Shown piece after piece: positions 20,937 through 30,616 of a stretch of 64,000 bases of DNA. This DNA is from an uncultured Alphaproteobacteria bacterium (GTDB taxonomy: Bacteria; Pseudomonadota; Alphaproteobacteria; Rhizobiales; Methyloligellaceae). Made by a program: the position numbers and the translations under genes. The stretch covers positions 264,128-328,127 of the forward strand of contig CAVSYE010000001.1 in the NCBI GenBank assembly GCA_963732205.1. Reading direction: 5' to 3'. The notes beneath the pieces are model-generated. The model saw only the letters and a list, made by a program, of their open reading frames with translations. It did no database searches and was not told where the DNA came from. Position 1 is the first letter of the stretch. Each line of letters starts with the position of its first letter.

Positions 20937-21908
20937 ATGCTCACCATCTACGAGACGAGATCGCGCGAGCTGAAGGCTCAGGCGGGCCAGGCGAAGATCA
21001 CTGAGCAGGCGATCTGGATCGACCTCCTCAATCCGACGGTGGAAGAAGAAAGCCTCGTCGAGAAGGCGCTCAAGATCGACGTGCCTACGCGCGAGGAGCA
21101 GCAGGAGATCGAGGTTTCGAGCCGCCTCTATCAGGAGGACGGTGCGTATTTCATGACGGCGACGCTGCTTTACCAGCCCCAGGAAGGCGAGCCGCTAATG
21201 ACTCCAGTCACCTTCATCCTTGCCGGCCAAAGGCTCGTCACCGTGCGCTATGCCGAGCCGCGCGCATTCGCCATCTATGTCGCGCGCTGTAACCGGTCAG
21301 AGACCGAATTGAAGACGGGCCCACCGGTCCTGATCGGTCTGATCGAGACGATCGTCGACCGGCTCGCCGACTTCATCGAACGCGTCCAGGCGGAAGTCGA
21401 GGGCCTATCGCACTCAATCTTCGACCTCAAAGGCGGTGCGGCGACGCGGCAGCGGCGGTTCGACGTGCTGTTGCGGGCGATCGGCCGCGAGGGAGAGATC
21501 ACTTCAAAGTTGCGCGAGACCGCCCACTCGCTCGGCCGGCTGCTCACCTTTCTCGCCCATGCCGCTAATGAGCGGAAAGAGGAAAAGCAGCTGCAAGCGC
21601 GAATCAGAACTGCGGCGCGCGACGTGAATTCCCTGACCGACCATGCCACGTTCCTCTCGGGCAAGATCATCTTCCTGCTCGATGCGACGCTCGGGATGAT
21701 CAACATTCAGCAGAACGACATCATCAAGATCTTCTCGGTGGCGGCGGTCGTGTTCCTGCCGCCGACGCTGCTCGCCTCGATCTACGGCATGAACTTCCAT
21801 CACATGCCGGAGCTGAATTGGATGTTCGGTTATCCGCTTGCACTGATCCTGATGGTTCTCGCGGCGATATTGCCTTACATTTATTTCAAACGTAAAGGCT
21901 GGCTCTAA
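20937..21908 (+). CDS. corA: CorA family Mg2+/Co2+ transporter
   Basis: PPTLLASIYGMNF signature; two C-terminal TM helices. Confidence 0.93.
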   Translation: MLTIYETRSRELKAQAGQAKITEQAIWIDLLNPTVEEESLVEKALKIDVPTREEQQEIEVSSRLYQEDGAYFMTATLLYQPQEGEPLMTPVTFILAGQRLVTVRYAEPRAFAIYVARCNRSETELKTGPPVLIGLIETIVDRLADFIERVQAEVEGLSHSIFDLKGGAATRQRRFDVLLRAIGREGEITSKLRETAHSLGRLLTFLAHAANERKEEKQLQARIRTAARDVNSLTDHATFLSGKIIFLLDATLGMINIQQNDIIKIFSVAAVVFLPPTLLASIYGMNFHHMPELNWMFGYPLALILMVLAAILPYIYFKRKGWL

Positions 21909-21982
21909 TTTGCGCTTGCATGCGGGGGTGAGGGTCGCCACATTCCCTGCAGCGGATGGCAGTCAACGCCCTAAAGGAGAAT

Positions 21983-22300
21983 ATGATGCGATTTGCAGCT
22001 CTTGGTTTTGCAGCTTCGGTCGTCGCATTCGCTTTTCTGCCAACCACGGCATCGGCAGCACCCGGCACTCTCGCCGCGCCGGCGCATGTTTCCGACGTGC
22101 AACCCGTTTATTACTGCTCGAAGAAAGCCTGGCGTCGGGGCCTTTGTGGCGGCCCGAATGGAAGCTATGTGCGTGCGCCGTTCACCGAGGTTGACACCAC
22201 TCGCGGGACTTGGGTCGCGGCGCCCTTCGTGCGGGTTTACAGCGGCCGCTACGGCACTTGGGTGCGGGCACCGTTCGTCAATCTGTGGAGCGCCCACTAA
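21983..22300 (+). CDS. Small exported hypothetical protein
   Basis: GGAG RBS; signal peptide; three short VRAPFV-type repeats. Confidence 0.65.
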   Translation: MMRFAALGFAASVVAFAFLPTTASAAPGTLAAPAHVSDVQPVYYCSKKAWRRGLCGGPNGSYVRAPFTEVDTTRGTWVAAPFVRVYSGRYGTWVRAPFVNLWSAH

Positions 22301-22452
22301 ATCAGTCCGTTCTGCCTTCTCTAGTTTTCAACATGGCCGGGTCCAATCCCGGCCATGTTTGCGTTTAAGGACCTCCTCGCGGAACGTCTCGCGGCTAGTG
22401 GGATGGGGCACTCGCGTGCTACCTCGAGAGTCGAGGAGGCGAGCAAAGAGAT

Positions 22453-24297
22453 ATGGCAACGGCGGAATTGATCCAGGTGGCGGTCTTCCTGGCCGCCGCC
22501 GCTATTGCCGCGCCGCTCGGCCGCTACCTGCGCATAGGTGCAGTGCTCGGCTATCTCGCCGCCGGCGTCATCATCGGCCCTTACGTGCTCGGCCCGTACT
22601 ACGCTCTCGACGACGTCGATAAGGTTCTGCATTTCGGCGAGTTCGGCGTGGTGATGCTCTTGTTCGTGATCGGACTGGAGCTTCGCCCGGTGCGCTTGTG
22701 GGCCATGCGCTCGGCGATCTTCGGGCTAGGCACGGCGCAGCTGATGATTACAGGCGTCGTCCTGGCAGCGATCGCGATCGCGCTCGGGTTCTCCGTCGGG
22801 CCGGCACTGTTCATTGGGCTTGCGCTCGGGCTCTCTTCGACGGCATTCGCATTGCAGGTGCTCGAGGAGAAGGGCGAGCTCACGACCCGCCACGGCAGGC
22901 TCGCTTTCTCCGTGCTGCTGTTCCAGGACCTCGCCGCCATACCGTTAATTGCTCTCGTGCCGCTGTTCGCTCTCGGCGGAGAGCAGCCCAAGATGGATTT
23001 CAAATCCGCCGCTCTGGCCATACTCACCATTGTGGGTGTCATCCTAGTGGGGCGCTTCCTTTTGAGCCGGCTCTACCGCATCGTGGCGCGAACCGGTGTG
23101 CGCGAGGCGATGACGGCGAGCGCGCTGCTCACGGTGATTGGGGTCGCGCTTGTCATGGAAGCAGTGGGGCTTTCCGCCGCGCTCGGTGCCTTCATCGCCG
23201 GTGCTCTGCTCGCCGATTCGGAATACCGCCACCAGATCGAGGCCGATATCGGCCCGTTCGAAGGGCTCCTGCTCGCCGTCTTCTTCATCGCCGTCGGCAT
23301 GTCGATCGACCCGCGCGTTCTCGTCTCGCGGCCAGGAGAGCTTGCGGCCATCGTAGTCTGTCTCCTCACCGTGAAGGCGACTATTCTTTATGCGCTGGGC
23401 CGCTGGTGGGGGCTCGACAGTCGAGCGGCGCGCAGGCTCGGCCTCGTGATCAGTCAAGGCGGCGAGTTCGCCTTCGTGTTGTTTGGGGCAGGGGCGCTTG
23501 CCGGCGTGATCAACCAGGGTACGGCCAATCTCCTGACGCTTGCTGTGACCCTGTCGATGGGGGCAACGCCGCTTCTGCTGCTCATCGATGACAGGGTCAA
23601 CCGTGCGCTCAAGCCTGCGCCGCCGGAATACGAGGTGCCACAAGGCGGCGAGCGCCATGTGATCGTCGCCGGCTTCGGCCGCTTCGGGCAGATCGTGGCG
23701 CGCATGCTGCGCGCCAAGCAAATTCCCTTCACCGCGCTCGATTCAAGTGTTGAGCAGGTCGATTTCGTGCGGCGCTTCGGCGCGCAGATCTATTACGGCG
23801 ATGCCGGGCGTCTGGATATCCTGCGCGCAGCGGGAGCGGACAAGGCGCGCGCCTTCGTGCTTGCCATCGACAATGTCGACGCCTCGCTCAGGGTCGCCGA
23901 GATGGTGCGGACTCATTTTCCCAATCTCACGATCTATGCGCGCGCGCGCGACCGCACCCATGTCCACAGGCTGATGGATCTCGGCGTCACCATCATCGAG
24001 CGCGAGACGTTTCTCGCCGCCCTCGAATTGACCAAGGAGTTGCTCAAGGGCCTCGGTCTTTCTTCGGCCGAGGTCAAGCGCGTGACCGAGACCTTCATGC
24101 GACTCGACGAGAAGCGGCTCTACGAGGATTACCAATACTATACGGACACGGAGAAGGTGCGAGCCAACGCGCTGTCGCAGGCGAAGGAACTCGAGGAGCT
24201 GTTCGCGCGCGACGTCGCCGAACTTCCCGACGAGGATGGTGTGGCGCAGAAGCGGGAGCCCGAGTGGGTCAGCGCTGGGTCGCCAGATGGTCGATGA
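22453..24297 (+). CDS. Kef-type K+ efflux antiporter (CPA2) with TrkA-N domain
   Basis: GEFGVVMLLF, QGGEFAFV, AGFGRFGQ. Confidence 0.92.
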   Translation: MATAELIQVAVFLAAAAIAAPLGRYLRIGAVLGYLAAGVIIGPYVLGPYYALDDVDKVLHFGEFGVVMLLFVIGLELRPVRLWAMRSAIFGLGTAQLMITGVVLAAIAIALGFSVGPALFIGLALGLSSTAFALQVLEEKGELTTRHGRLAFSVLLFQDLAAIPLIALVPLFALGGEQPKMDFKSAALAILTIVGVILVGRFLLSRLYRIVARTGVREAMTASALLTVIGVALVMEAVGLSAALGAFIAGALLADSEYRHQIEADIGPFEGLLLAVFFIAVGMSIDPRVLVSRPGELAAIVVCLLTVKATILYALGRWWGLDSRAARRLGLVISQGGEFAFVLFGAGALAGVINQGTANLLTLAVTLSMGATPLLLLIDDRVNRALKPAPPEYEVPQGGERHVIVAGFGRFGQIVARMLRAKQIPFTALDSSVEQVDFVRRFGAQIYYGDAGRLDILRAAGADKARAFVLAIDNVDASLRVAEMVRTHFPNLTIYARARDRTHVHRLMDLGVTIIERETFLAALELTKELLKGLGLSSAEVKRVTETFMRLDEKRLYEDYQYYTDTEKVRANALSQAKELEELFARDVAELPDEDGVAQKREPEWVSAGSPDGR

Positions 24298-25078
24298 TCA
24301 GGAGGTTGATTTCGGTCGGGTGAGTGAAAGGGCTCATATGGCCTGCGCCCTTCAGTGTCTCGACATGCGCATTCGGTAGGGCCTTGCCCAACAGATCGAC
24401 CACGGCGCGGGTCGGTGCAGGCGTCTTGCTGCCTTTGACAATAAGCGTCGGCGCCGTGATCTCGGCATAGTCCTTTAGCGTGGTCGGCGCCTCGACGAGA
24501 ATGCCGAATTCGAGCGCGACCTTGGGGATGGTGGCGGCGATCGCCGCTTTGAACCGTTCTGGCGATATGAACCAGCGGAAGCGGCCGAGCCAATAGCTCA
24601 TGAAGGCCGCGGCGGCCGCCCGGTCATCGCCCTTGGCGACGGCGCCGAGCACCGCCTTGCCGAGCTTTTCGATCTCAGCCCATTCGGGACGCCCTTTTTG
24701 GCGGAGCAAATGAAAGGATACAGGCTCGACCAGCGCGAGACTCTTAACACGGGATCCGAGATGGCGCGCCGCTTCGAGCGCGAGCGCCGCGCCATAGGAA
24801 TGGCCGACGAGATGCACCTCGCCCTCGGTCTTTTCGGCCAGGGAGAGGAGCACTGCCACATCGGCGTCGATACTGAACGGATCGCTCGCCGGCCAGGGAT
24901 CCGACTTGCCGTAGCCGATGAAGTCCGGGGCGAGCACGCGCCAGTCAGAACGAAGCGTCTCGACGAGCGGAAGCCATTCCTTATGCGAGCCGCTCGAGCA
25001 ATGGCCGATGACGATGGCGGGACCGCTGCCCTCGTCGAGATAGGCGATCTCGACGCCGTTGACGGCAAGCTGCTCCAT
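24269..25078 (-). CDS. Alpha/beta hydrolase
   Basis: GHSYGA nucleophile elbow; GAGHM. Confidence 0.88.
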   Translation of the reverse strand: MEQLAVNGVEIAYLDEGSGPAIVIGHCSSGSHKEWLPLVETLRSDWRVLAPDFIGYGKSDPWPASDPFSIDADVAVLLSLAEKTEGEVHLVGHSYGAALALEAARHLGSRVKSLALVEPVSFHLLRQKGRPEWAEIEKLGKAVLGAVAKGDDRAAAAAFMSYWLGRFRWFISPERFKAAIAATIPKVALEFGILVEAPTTLKDYAEITAPTLIVKGSKTPAPTRAVVDLLGKALPNAHVETLKGAGHMSPFTHPTEINLLIIDHLATQR

Positions 25079-25157
25079 AGGTCAAATCCCCCCGGCTCGC
25101 CGGGGAGTGCCCGGCAATCACAAAAATCCATCGCTGGATTTGGCGCGTGGCTAGCGC

Positions 25158-26054
25158 CTAGTCCGCTTCGGCGGGTTCCAGGTGAGACGCGGCCGCGGCG
25201 GACTTCTGCACCGCCTTCTGCACCTTCTCGAAGGCGCGCACCTCGATCTGGCGGATGCGCTCGCGGGAGACGCCAAACTCTGCGGAAAGCTCCTCGAGGG
25301 TGAGCGGCTCGTCAGCCAGCCTGCGGGCTTCGAACACACGGCGCTCACGCTCATTCAGACCTTTGAGCGCCTCCATCAGCATGGTGTGGCGCTGACCGCG
25401 CTCTTCCGATTCGGCAAGTGCCGATTCCTGGTCCATGGTCTCATCGACCAGCCAGTCCTGCCACTCGCCGCTCTCGGCGTCGTTGCGCACCGGCGCATTG
25501 AGCGACGAGTCGCCGGCGAGCCGCCGGTTCATGGACACGACGTCGTCCTCGGTCACGCCTAATCTGGTGGCGATCTGCTTCACCTGATCGGGCCTGAGGT
25601 CGCCCTCATCAAGCGCCTTGAGCTGACCCTTGATCTTGCGCAGGTTGAAGAACAGCTTCTTCTGCGCCGCGGTGGTGCCCATCTTCACGAGGCTCCACGA
25701 GCGCAGGATGTATTCCTGGATCGCAGCCCTGATCCACCACATCGCATAGGTCGCGAGCCGGAAGCCCTTGTCGGGATCGAAGCGCTTCACTGCCTGCATC
25801 AAGCCGACATTGCCTTCTGAGATGACCTCACCTACTGGCAGGCCATAGCCGCGATAGCCCATGGCGATGCGCGCCACCAGGCGGAGATGCGAGGTGACCA
25901 GCCGGTGCGCCGCGTCGCGGTCGCCATGCTCGCGCCAACTCTTGGCGAGCATGAACTCCTCCTGCGGCTCGAGCATCGGGAACTGTCTGATTTCTTCGAG
26001 GTAACGCGTCAGTCCGCCATGCGCGCCGACACTCGGCAATGTTCTTGTGGCCAT
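25158..26054 (-). CDS. rpoH: Heat-shock sigma factor sigma-32
   Basis: RpoH box QKKLFFNLR; regions 2 and 4.2. Confidence 0.97.
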   Translation of the reverse strand: MATRTLPSVGAHGGLTRYLEEIRQFPMLEPQEEFMLAKSWREHGDRDAAHRLVTSHLRLVARIAMGYRGYGLPVGEVISEGNVGLMQAVKRFDPDKGFRLATYAMWWIRAAIQEYILRSWSLVKMGTTAAQKKLFFNLRKIKGQLKALDEGDLRPDQVKQIATRLGVTEDDVVSMNRRLAGDSSLNAPVRNDAESGEWQDWLVDETMDQESALAESEERGQRHTMLMEALKGLNERERRVFEARRLADEPLTLEELSAEFGVSRERIRQIEVRAFEKVQKAVQKSAAAASHLEPAEAD

Positions 26055-26124
26055 GAGAGCCCGTCTCCCGCGGCAGCGACCGGCCGCAATCTTCTCAACA
26101 TAACCCGCCCCCCGGCGAGCCTCT

Positions 26125-26153
26125 CTATAGAATGTTTATCGCCTCTATTAAAG
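26125..26153 (-). promoter_or_regulatory. Candidate promoter for rpoH
   Basis: Minus strand CTTTAA-N17-CTATAG, ~70 nt upstream of the start. Confidence 0.35.
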
Positions 26154-26165
26154 AGCGGCACGTGT

Positions 26166-27188
26166 TCACAGTTCCTTGAATTTGTCGACAATCTCGGCGA
26201 GATCGGACGGCAGCGCACTATTAAATTCCAGTAAGGTGCCGGTTAGCGGATGGACGAAGGCGAGATGCGCGGCATGGAGCGCCTGCCGGTCAAGCGCGGC
26301 AAGTGTGGCACGAAGGGGCTCGGGAAGCTTGCCCAGTTTGGATTTGAAGCCTTGGCCATAGAGCGGATCGCCGATCAGGGGATGGCCGATTTGGGCCAGA
26401 TGCACGCGCACTTGATGGGTGCGTCCGGTCTCCAGCGTACATTCGATGAGCGAGGCGATCGGACCCGCGCGGCCTTCCCCGCGTCCGAAGGTCGCGAGCA
26501 CGCGCCAATGAGTCACGGCCTCGCGTCCCTTCTCGGGGATGACTGCCATCTTGGTACGACTTGTCGGATGACGGCCGATCGGCGCATCGACGATCCCTTG
26601 CAGGCGTGACGGCGCTCCCCAGACAAGCGCGAGATAGCCGCGCTCGAGCTCACCGGTCCGGCCGTGGTCGGCAAACTGCTCGGCAAGCGCACGGTGCGCC
26701 TGATCGGTCTTGGCGATGACCATCAGCCCGCTCGTGTCCTTGTCGAGACGATGCACGATACCGGGCCGCGCCACTCCGCCGATGCCGGAGAGGCTATCGC
26801 CGCAATGGGCGATCAGAGCATTGACGAGGGTGCCTTGCGGGTTGCCGGCGCCGGGATGCACCACTAGGCCTGCCGGCTTGTCGATGACGATCAGCGAATT
26901 GTCCTCGTAAACGATGTTGAGCGGGATATCTTGCGGCTCGAGTGCCGCGGGGACTGCCGGAGGAAGATCGAGCGTGAAGCGATCGCCCGGTTTGACCCTA
27001 TATTTCACCTCCTCTATGGTCGCGCCGCTTAGGCGCGCATGGCCCTCCTTGATCAAGGCTTGCACGCGGGTGCGGCTCAAGCTCGGAAGCTGCTCGGAAA
27101 GAAATCGGTCGAGCCGCTGCCCTGCGTGGCACTGATCCGCCTTCGCCGTGAGGCGCTCTTGCACTTTGGCTTTGCGTTCGGTCGGCAT
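26166..27188 (-). CDS. rluD: RluA-family 23S rRNA pseudouridine synthase
   Basis: S4 domain; GIVHRLDKDTSG; TGRTHQVRVH; upstream of rpoH. Confidence 0.92.
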   Translation of the reverse strand: MPTERKAKVQERLTAKADQCHAGQRLDRFLSEQLPSLSRTRVQALIKEGHARLSGATIEEVKYRVKPGDRFTLDLPPAVPAALEPQDIPLNIVYEDNSLIVIDKPAGLVVHPGAGNPQGTLVNALIAHCGDSLSGIGGVARPGIVHRLDKDTSGLMVIAKTDQAHRALAEQFADHGRTGELERGYLALVWGAPSRLQGIVDAPIGRHPTSRTKMAVIPEKGREAVTHWRVLATFGRGEGRAGPIASLIECTLETGRTHQVRVHLAQIGHPLIGDPLYGQGFKSKLGKLPEPLRATLAALDRQALHAAHLAFVHPLTGTLLEFNSALPSDLAEIVDKFKEL

Positions 27189-27201
27189 GGAGTTCGGGAC
27201 G

Positions 27202-27591
27202 ATGGCTATCGCGAGCGAGCCTGACAATACGCCATTGCCAGGAACAGTGTTTACCCCGCGCCAAGTGCGGGTGCTGAAGGTCGCCGTTATCGTGATGGGG
27301 ATTCTGCTCGTGGGCGGCTTCGCCTTCGTGCTGGCCGCGATTGTCTATCAGGCCTCGCATGGCAGGCAAGCTGTGTATCCGGCGGCAGCGGACGCTGTGG
27401 GCGGGACTGCAGGGGGAGCGACTCCGCCGCTTTCAGAGCTGCCAATCCCCAAGGACGCCACGGTCACCTCGCTTGCCCTCGATGGTCGCCGGCTCGCTCT
27501 CCATCTAAGTTCGCCTGCGGGGGGCGAGATCATTGTCATGGAGGTCGCGACTGGCAAGGTGCTTGCCCGCGTCAAGCTCAAGCCGCAATAG
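27202..27591 (+). CDS. Membrane-anchored hypothetical protein
   Basis: Single TM helix; divergent from rluD. Confidence 0.7.
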   Translation: MAIASEPDNTPLPGTVFTPRQVRVLKVAVIVMGILLVGGFAFVLAAIVYQASHGRQAVYPAAADAVGGTAGGATPPLSELPIPKDATVTSLALDGRRLALHLSSPAGGEIIVMEVATGKVLARVKLKPQ

Positions 27592-27594
27592 GTC

Positions 27595-27624
27595 TTGATC
27601 GCCTTCGCGTCGCCAAGCTATAGC
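27595..27624 (+). promoter_or_regulatory. Sigma-70-like promoter of tRNA-Glu
   Basis: TTGATC-N18-TATAGC just upstream of the tRNA. Confidence 0.45.
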
Positions 27625-27642
27625 TTTTCTCTGTCTCGGCCC

Positions 27643-27718
27643 GCCCCGTTCGTCTAGTGGCCTAGGACGCTGGCCTCTCACGCCGGAAACAGGGGTTCGA
27701 AACCCCTACGGGGCGCCA
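27643..27718 (+). tRNA. tRNA-Glu (CTC)
   Basis: 76-nt cloverleaf GCCCCGTT...CTCTCAC...GGTTCGAAACC...GGGGCGCCA. Confidence 0.96.
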
Positions 27719-27766
27719 ATGAAATCAATAGCTTACTAGCGGCATCGACTCCGTCTACCCAATGGT

Positions 27767-27800
27767 TGCCCAATATACCGAGGCCTGCCCAATATACCGA
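27767..27800 (+). repeat. 15-bp direct repeat x2, possible integrase arm-type sites
   Basis: TGCCCAATATACCGA at 27767 and 27786. Confidence 0.6.
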
Positions 27801-28410
27801 TTTGAAGGAAAGCGTTATCTGTAGGCACCCTGAGCGAGGTGCTCTCCCACATTCAAGGAACAAGCACCTGTACACTCGGACGGCGGAGCCGACCGACGAG
27901 ACTCCGCTCAGGTAGTAGCCGGGTTCAAGATCGAGCGCGGCGAGGCCGGTCATCTGTAGGTTGCCGCATGAGCGCGCCCCGCTTCGTCGAGGCCGCTGAC
28001 GATGTGTTCGTCGCGGCGCCCCGAGGCTCACCCGCGTCGAGATGCAGATCTACGAGGACCAGCTGCTGCTCGCCATCGAGACTAACTTCGCGAGCCTGCT
28101 GGAAGAGCCCACCTCGCGGTGCCCTGCGTGCTCGTGTGCGCGGAGAGGGGTTCCCGAGGTGAGCCGCGAGGTCTCCCTGGACGACATCCACCAACTCTGC
28201 CGCACGATGAGGAAACGGGATGTGGCCGAGTCGTGCCGCGATAGTGGGCGCAATCCGGTGCGCACGTCCGGCTTCTTCCTGTGTGCCGAAAGAATATCAA
28301 ACCCTTTACGGCATTTAGAAAAAGATATGGGTGTTGGCACGATGCGGAGGCTCAAAAAAGTTCAGCATCAAGCGTGTCGCAAAAACGAGCGTTTGCGGGA
28401 CAGTGCTCCG

Positions 28411-29031
28411 ATGCATTTGCTCGGTTATATGCGCGTCTCGAAGGCCGATGGTTCGCAGGTACTCGACCTGCAGAGGGATGTACTGCTTGCTGCAGGCGTC
28501 TGCGAACGGCAACTCTACAGCGACACCGCCTCCGGGAAGCAATGACCGACCGGGACTCGCTGCATGCCTCCAGGCACTCAGGGAGGGCGACACATTGTGG
28601 TGTGGAAGCTTGATCGGTTAGGACGCAGCCTTCGGCATCTCGTCAACGTGGTGTACGATCTTACGAACCGAGGTGTCGGCCTGAAGGTGTTGACTGGTCA
28701 GGGTGCCGCAATCGATACGACCACTCCTGCCGGCAAGTTGGTCTTCGGCATCTTTGCATCCCTGGCCGAATTCGAGCGCGATCTAATTTCTGAACGCGCT
28801 CGCGCTGGGCTGACCTCGGCCCGTGCTCGAGGTCGCAGGGGAGGGCGTAGACCTAAGATGACCTCTGCGAAGCTGCGGCTCGCAACGGTTGCGATGGGCA
28901 AGCCTGAAACCAATGTCGGCGACCTATGCCGCGACTTGGGGATTACTCGATCCACACTCTACCGACATGTCTCACCTACTGGCGAACTTCGTGGTGATGG
29001 GGCAATGCGCCTGAAGGTACGCCGTTTGTAA
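28411..29031 (+). pseudogene. Serine resolvase/invertase with two mutually compensating frameshifts
   Basis: GYMRVSK, VWKLDRLGRS and C-terminal HTH; middle segment NDRPGL...EGDTL lies in another frame. Confidence 0.88.
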
Positions 29032-29158
29032 CGGTCGCCAGGGTCGGAGCGCGCCTGAGCCAGCGCGCCGTCGTGATTCCGTCAGCGCAACTTGCCAAAG
29101 AAGGACGTGCAATGACCAAAGCAAAGAAGGAAGGTCTTACTATGCGCCGCTGCTGCCC

Positions 29159-29812
29159 TCACACGGTGAGAGGTAGTGCTGTCCAGGGGGCGACAAGTCG
29201 GCGTCTGTCGAAATAGATGAAGCCCTGCCCGTAGGCTGGCGGCAGAGTAAGTAGGGGCACGTAGAAAGACGTTACATCGGGGTCATGGAGTTCGATTCTA
29301 AGGAGTTGGTTCACGAGCGACGACAGCGGTCCCGCACCGTCCAGTAGGAAGAATGGCCCACACCGTGCGCAGAAGAGCGCGACGTTTGCCGCAACCGCGG
29401 CGAGGCAGTTCGCGAGAGTGGCTGCCGCGAAGTGTGCGGTCCGATCATGCTTTGTCTTATTGTACGCGTCATACCACGGGATCGATTTTGTCGGTCGGGC
29501 TGCCTCCCAACCTTTGAACGGAGCCAGCGGTTCGATGCCCTCGTATGGTCTAAGGGCGATTACGAACTCGCGCAGGTAAAGCCTTGGCTCGAGCTTGACG
29601 TAGTCGTTGCTGGTCAGATCCTCTTCTTTTCCGTATCCGGCCAATCTCAAATACTGATTCAGCTGGTTCTCGACTTCAGTGCAAGCGAGGATCAACAGCT
29701 CCCGGGTCTTGTGGCTGTAAGAGGCGAGACCGTTGGCGGAAGGCTCGATGTAGAGGAGAAGCTCATCAAGTCGCTCAACGAGCAACCGAAGCGCTTGCTC
29801 CGCCGACCGGAG
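29159..29812 (-). pseudogene. 5'-truncated paralogue of the 4078-5076 HEPN-like gene
   Basis: LRSAEQALRLLVERLDE...PWYDAYNKTKHDR...ALPLTV aligns by eye along its whole length. Confidence 0.92.
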
Positions 29813-30048
29813 TGATTAGCGCGCGCGTGTGAAGGGCTCACGCGATGCGCCGCGGGTCGCACTCCTCTCAAGATGGCCCTAAGGGCCGGAGCGCTGGCCT
29901 CCGCCATGGCGGGCACGATACCTGCCATCGCGGCGACCCTGTTGATGCCCGATTTCATGTCTCTGACTTGGTAGGGTAGGAGGTCAGCGGCCTCGACAAG
30001 CTCGAGCACGTCTGCCAGTGTTTTTATGTTGTTTTTGGTTTCTGGCAT
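29813..30048 (-). pseudogene. N-terminal remnant of a putative tyrosine recombinase/integrase
   Basis: TLADVL...RDMKSGINRVA...APALRA resembles alphaproteobacterial island integrase N-termini; follows an excisionase-like gene; catalytic domain absent. Confidence 0.5.
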
Positions 30049-30179
30049 TTCTTTTGTCCCTTGTTGTTGGAATTGAAAGTGACAAACCGTGTCAAACTGT
30101 GACATTCGTGAAAGCTATCACAGAATACATGGAACATGTTCTTGCCTCATGTCTTCCCGAAATCCAGTAATAACTCTGA

Positions 30180-30395
30180 TTATGCGTCATATTCTTCTCC
30201 ATCGTCAGCGGCATCTTGGAGCCGTTCGTGAGGCGCAGAAAGTACGGCTTTCAGATCCGCCGCTGCCACGAGCCTGGCGCCGCCGAGCTTGGTGGACGAG
30301 AGGACCTCCTCCCTGATCCAGCGCCGGATCGTCCGGAGCGACATCCCCGTCAGCTCGGCGATCTGGGCTGCGCGGAGGTATTGTCTGCCCCTCAT
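30180..30395 (-). CDS. Excisionase-like HTH DNA-binding protein
   Basis: YLRAAQIAELTGMSLRTIRRWI...KLGGARLV. Confidence 0.85.
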   Translation of the reverse strand: MRGRQYLRAAQIAELTGMSLRTIRRWIREEVLSSTKLGGARLVAAADLKAVLSAPHERLQDAADDGEEYDA

Positions 30396-30616
30396 GACCA
30401 CCGCTTTTCCGAACGCGGATGCGGTGGCGCAGCGTCACTGATGTCTGGCTGCCGCGCGCTCCATTCATGGGCCGCTTGGCGGGCAAGCAGGCGCGCGATT
30501 TCGATCAGTGCGGCGGAGGCCGGACTGACCGTTTTGCTGATATTTGGGCGAAGCGGAGCCATGTCCGCCCGGACATGGGTATTGGCGCGGGGTCAGAGAA
30601 AAAGGGGCAATCGAAT

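Noticed and set aside
28042-28410. 167-aa ORF as a long resolvase
   Set aside because: Resolvase homology starts only at 28411; the upstream part is open-frame run-through across remnant DNA.
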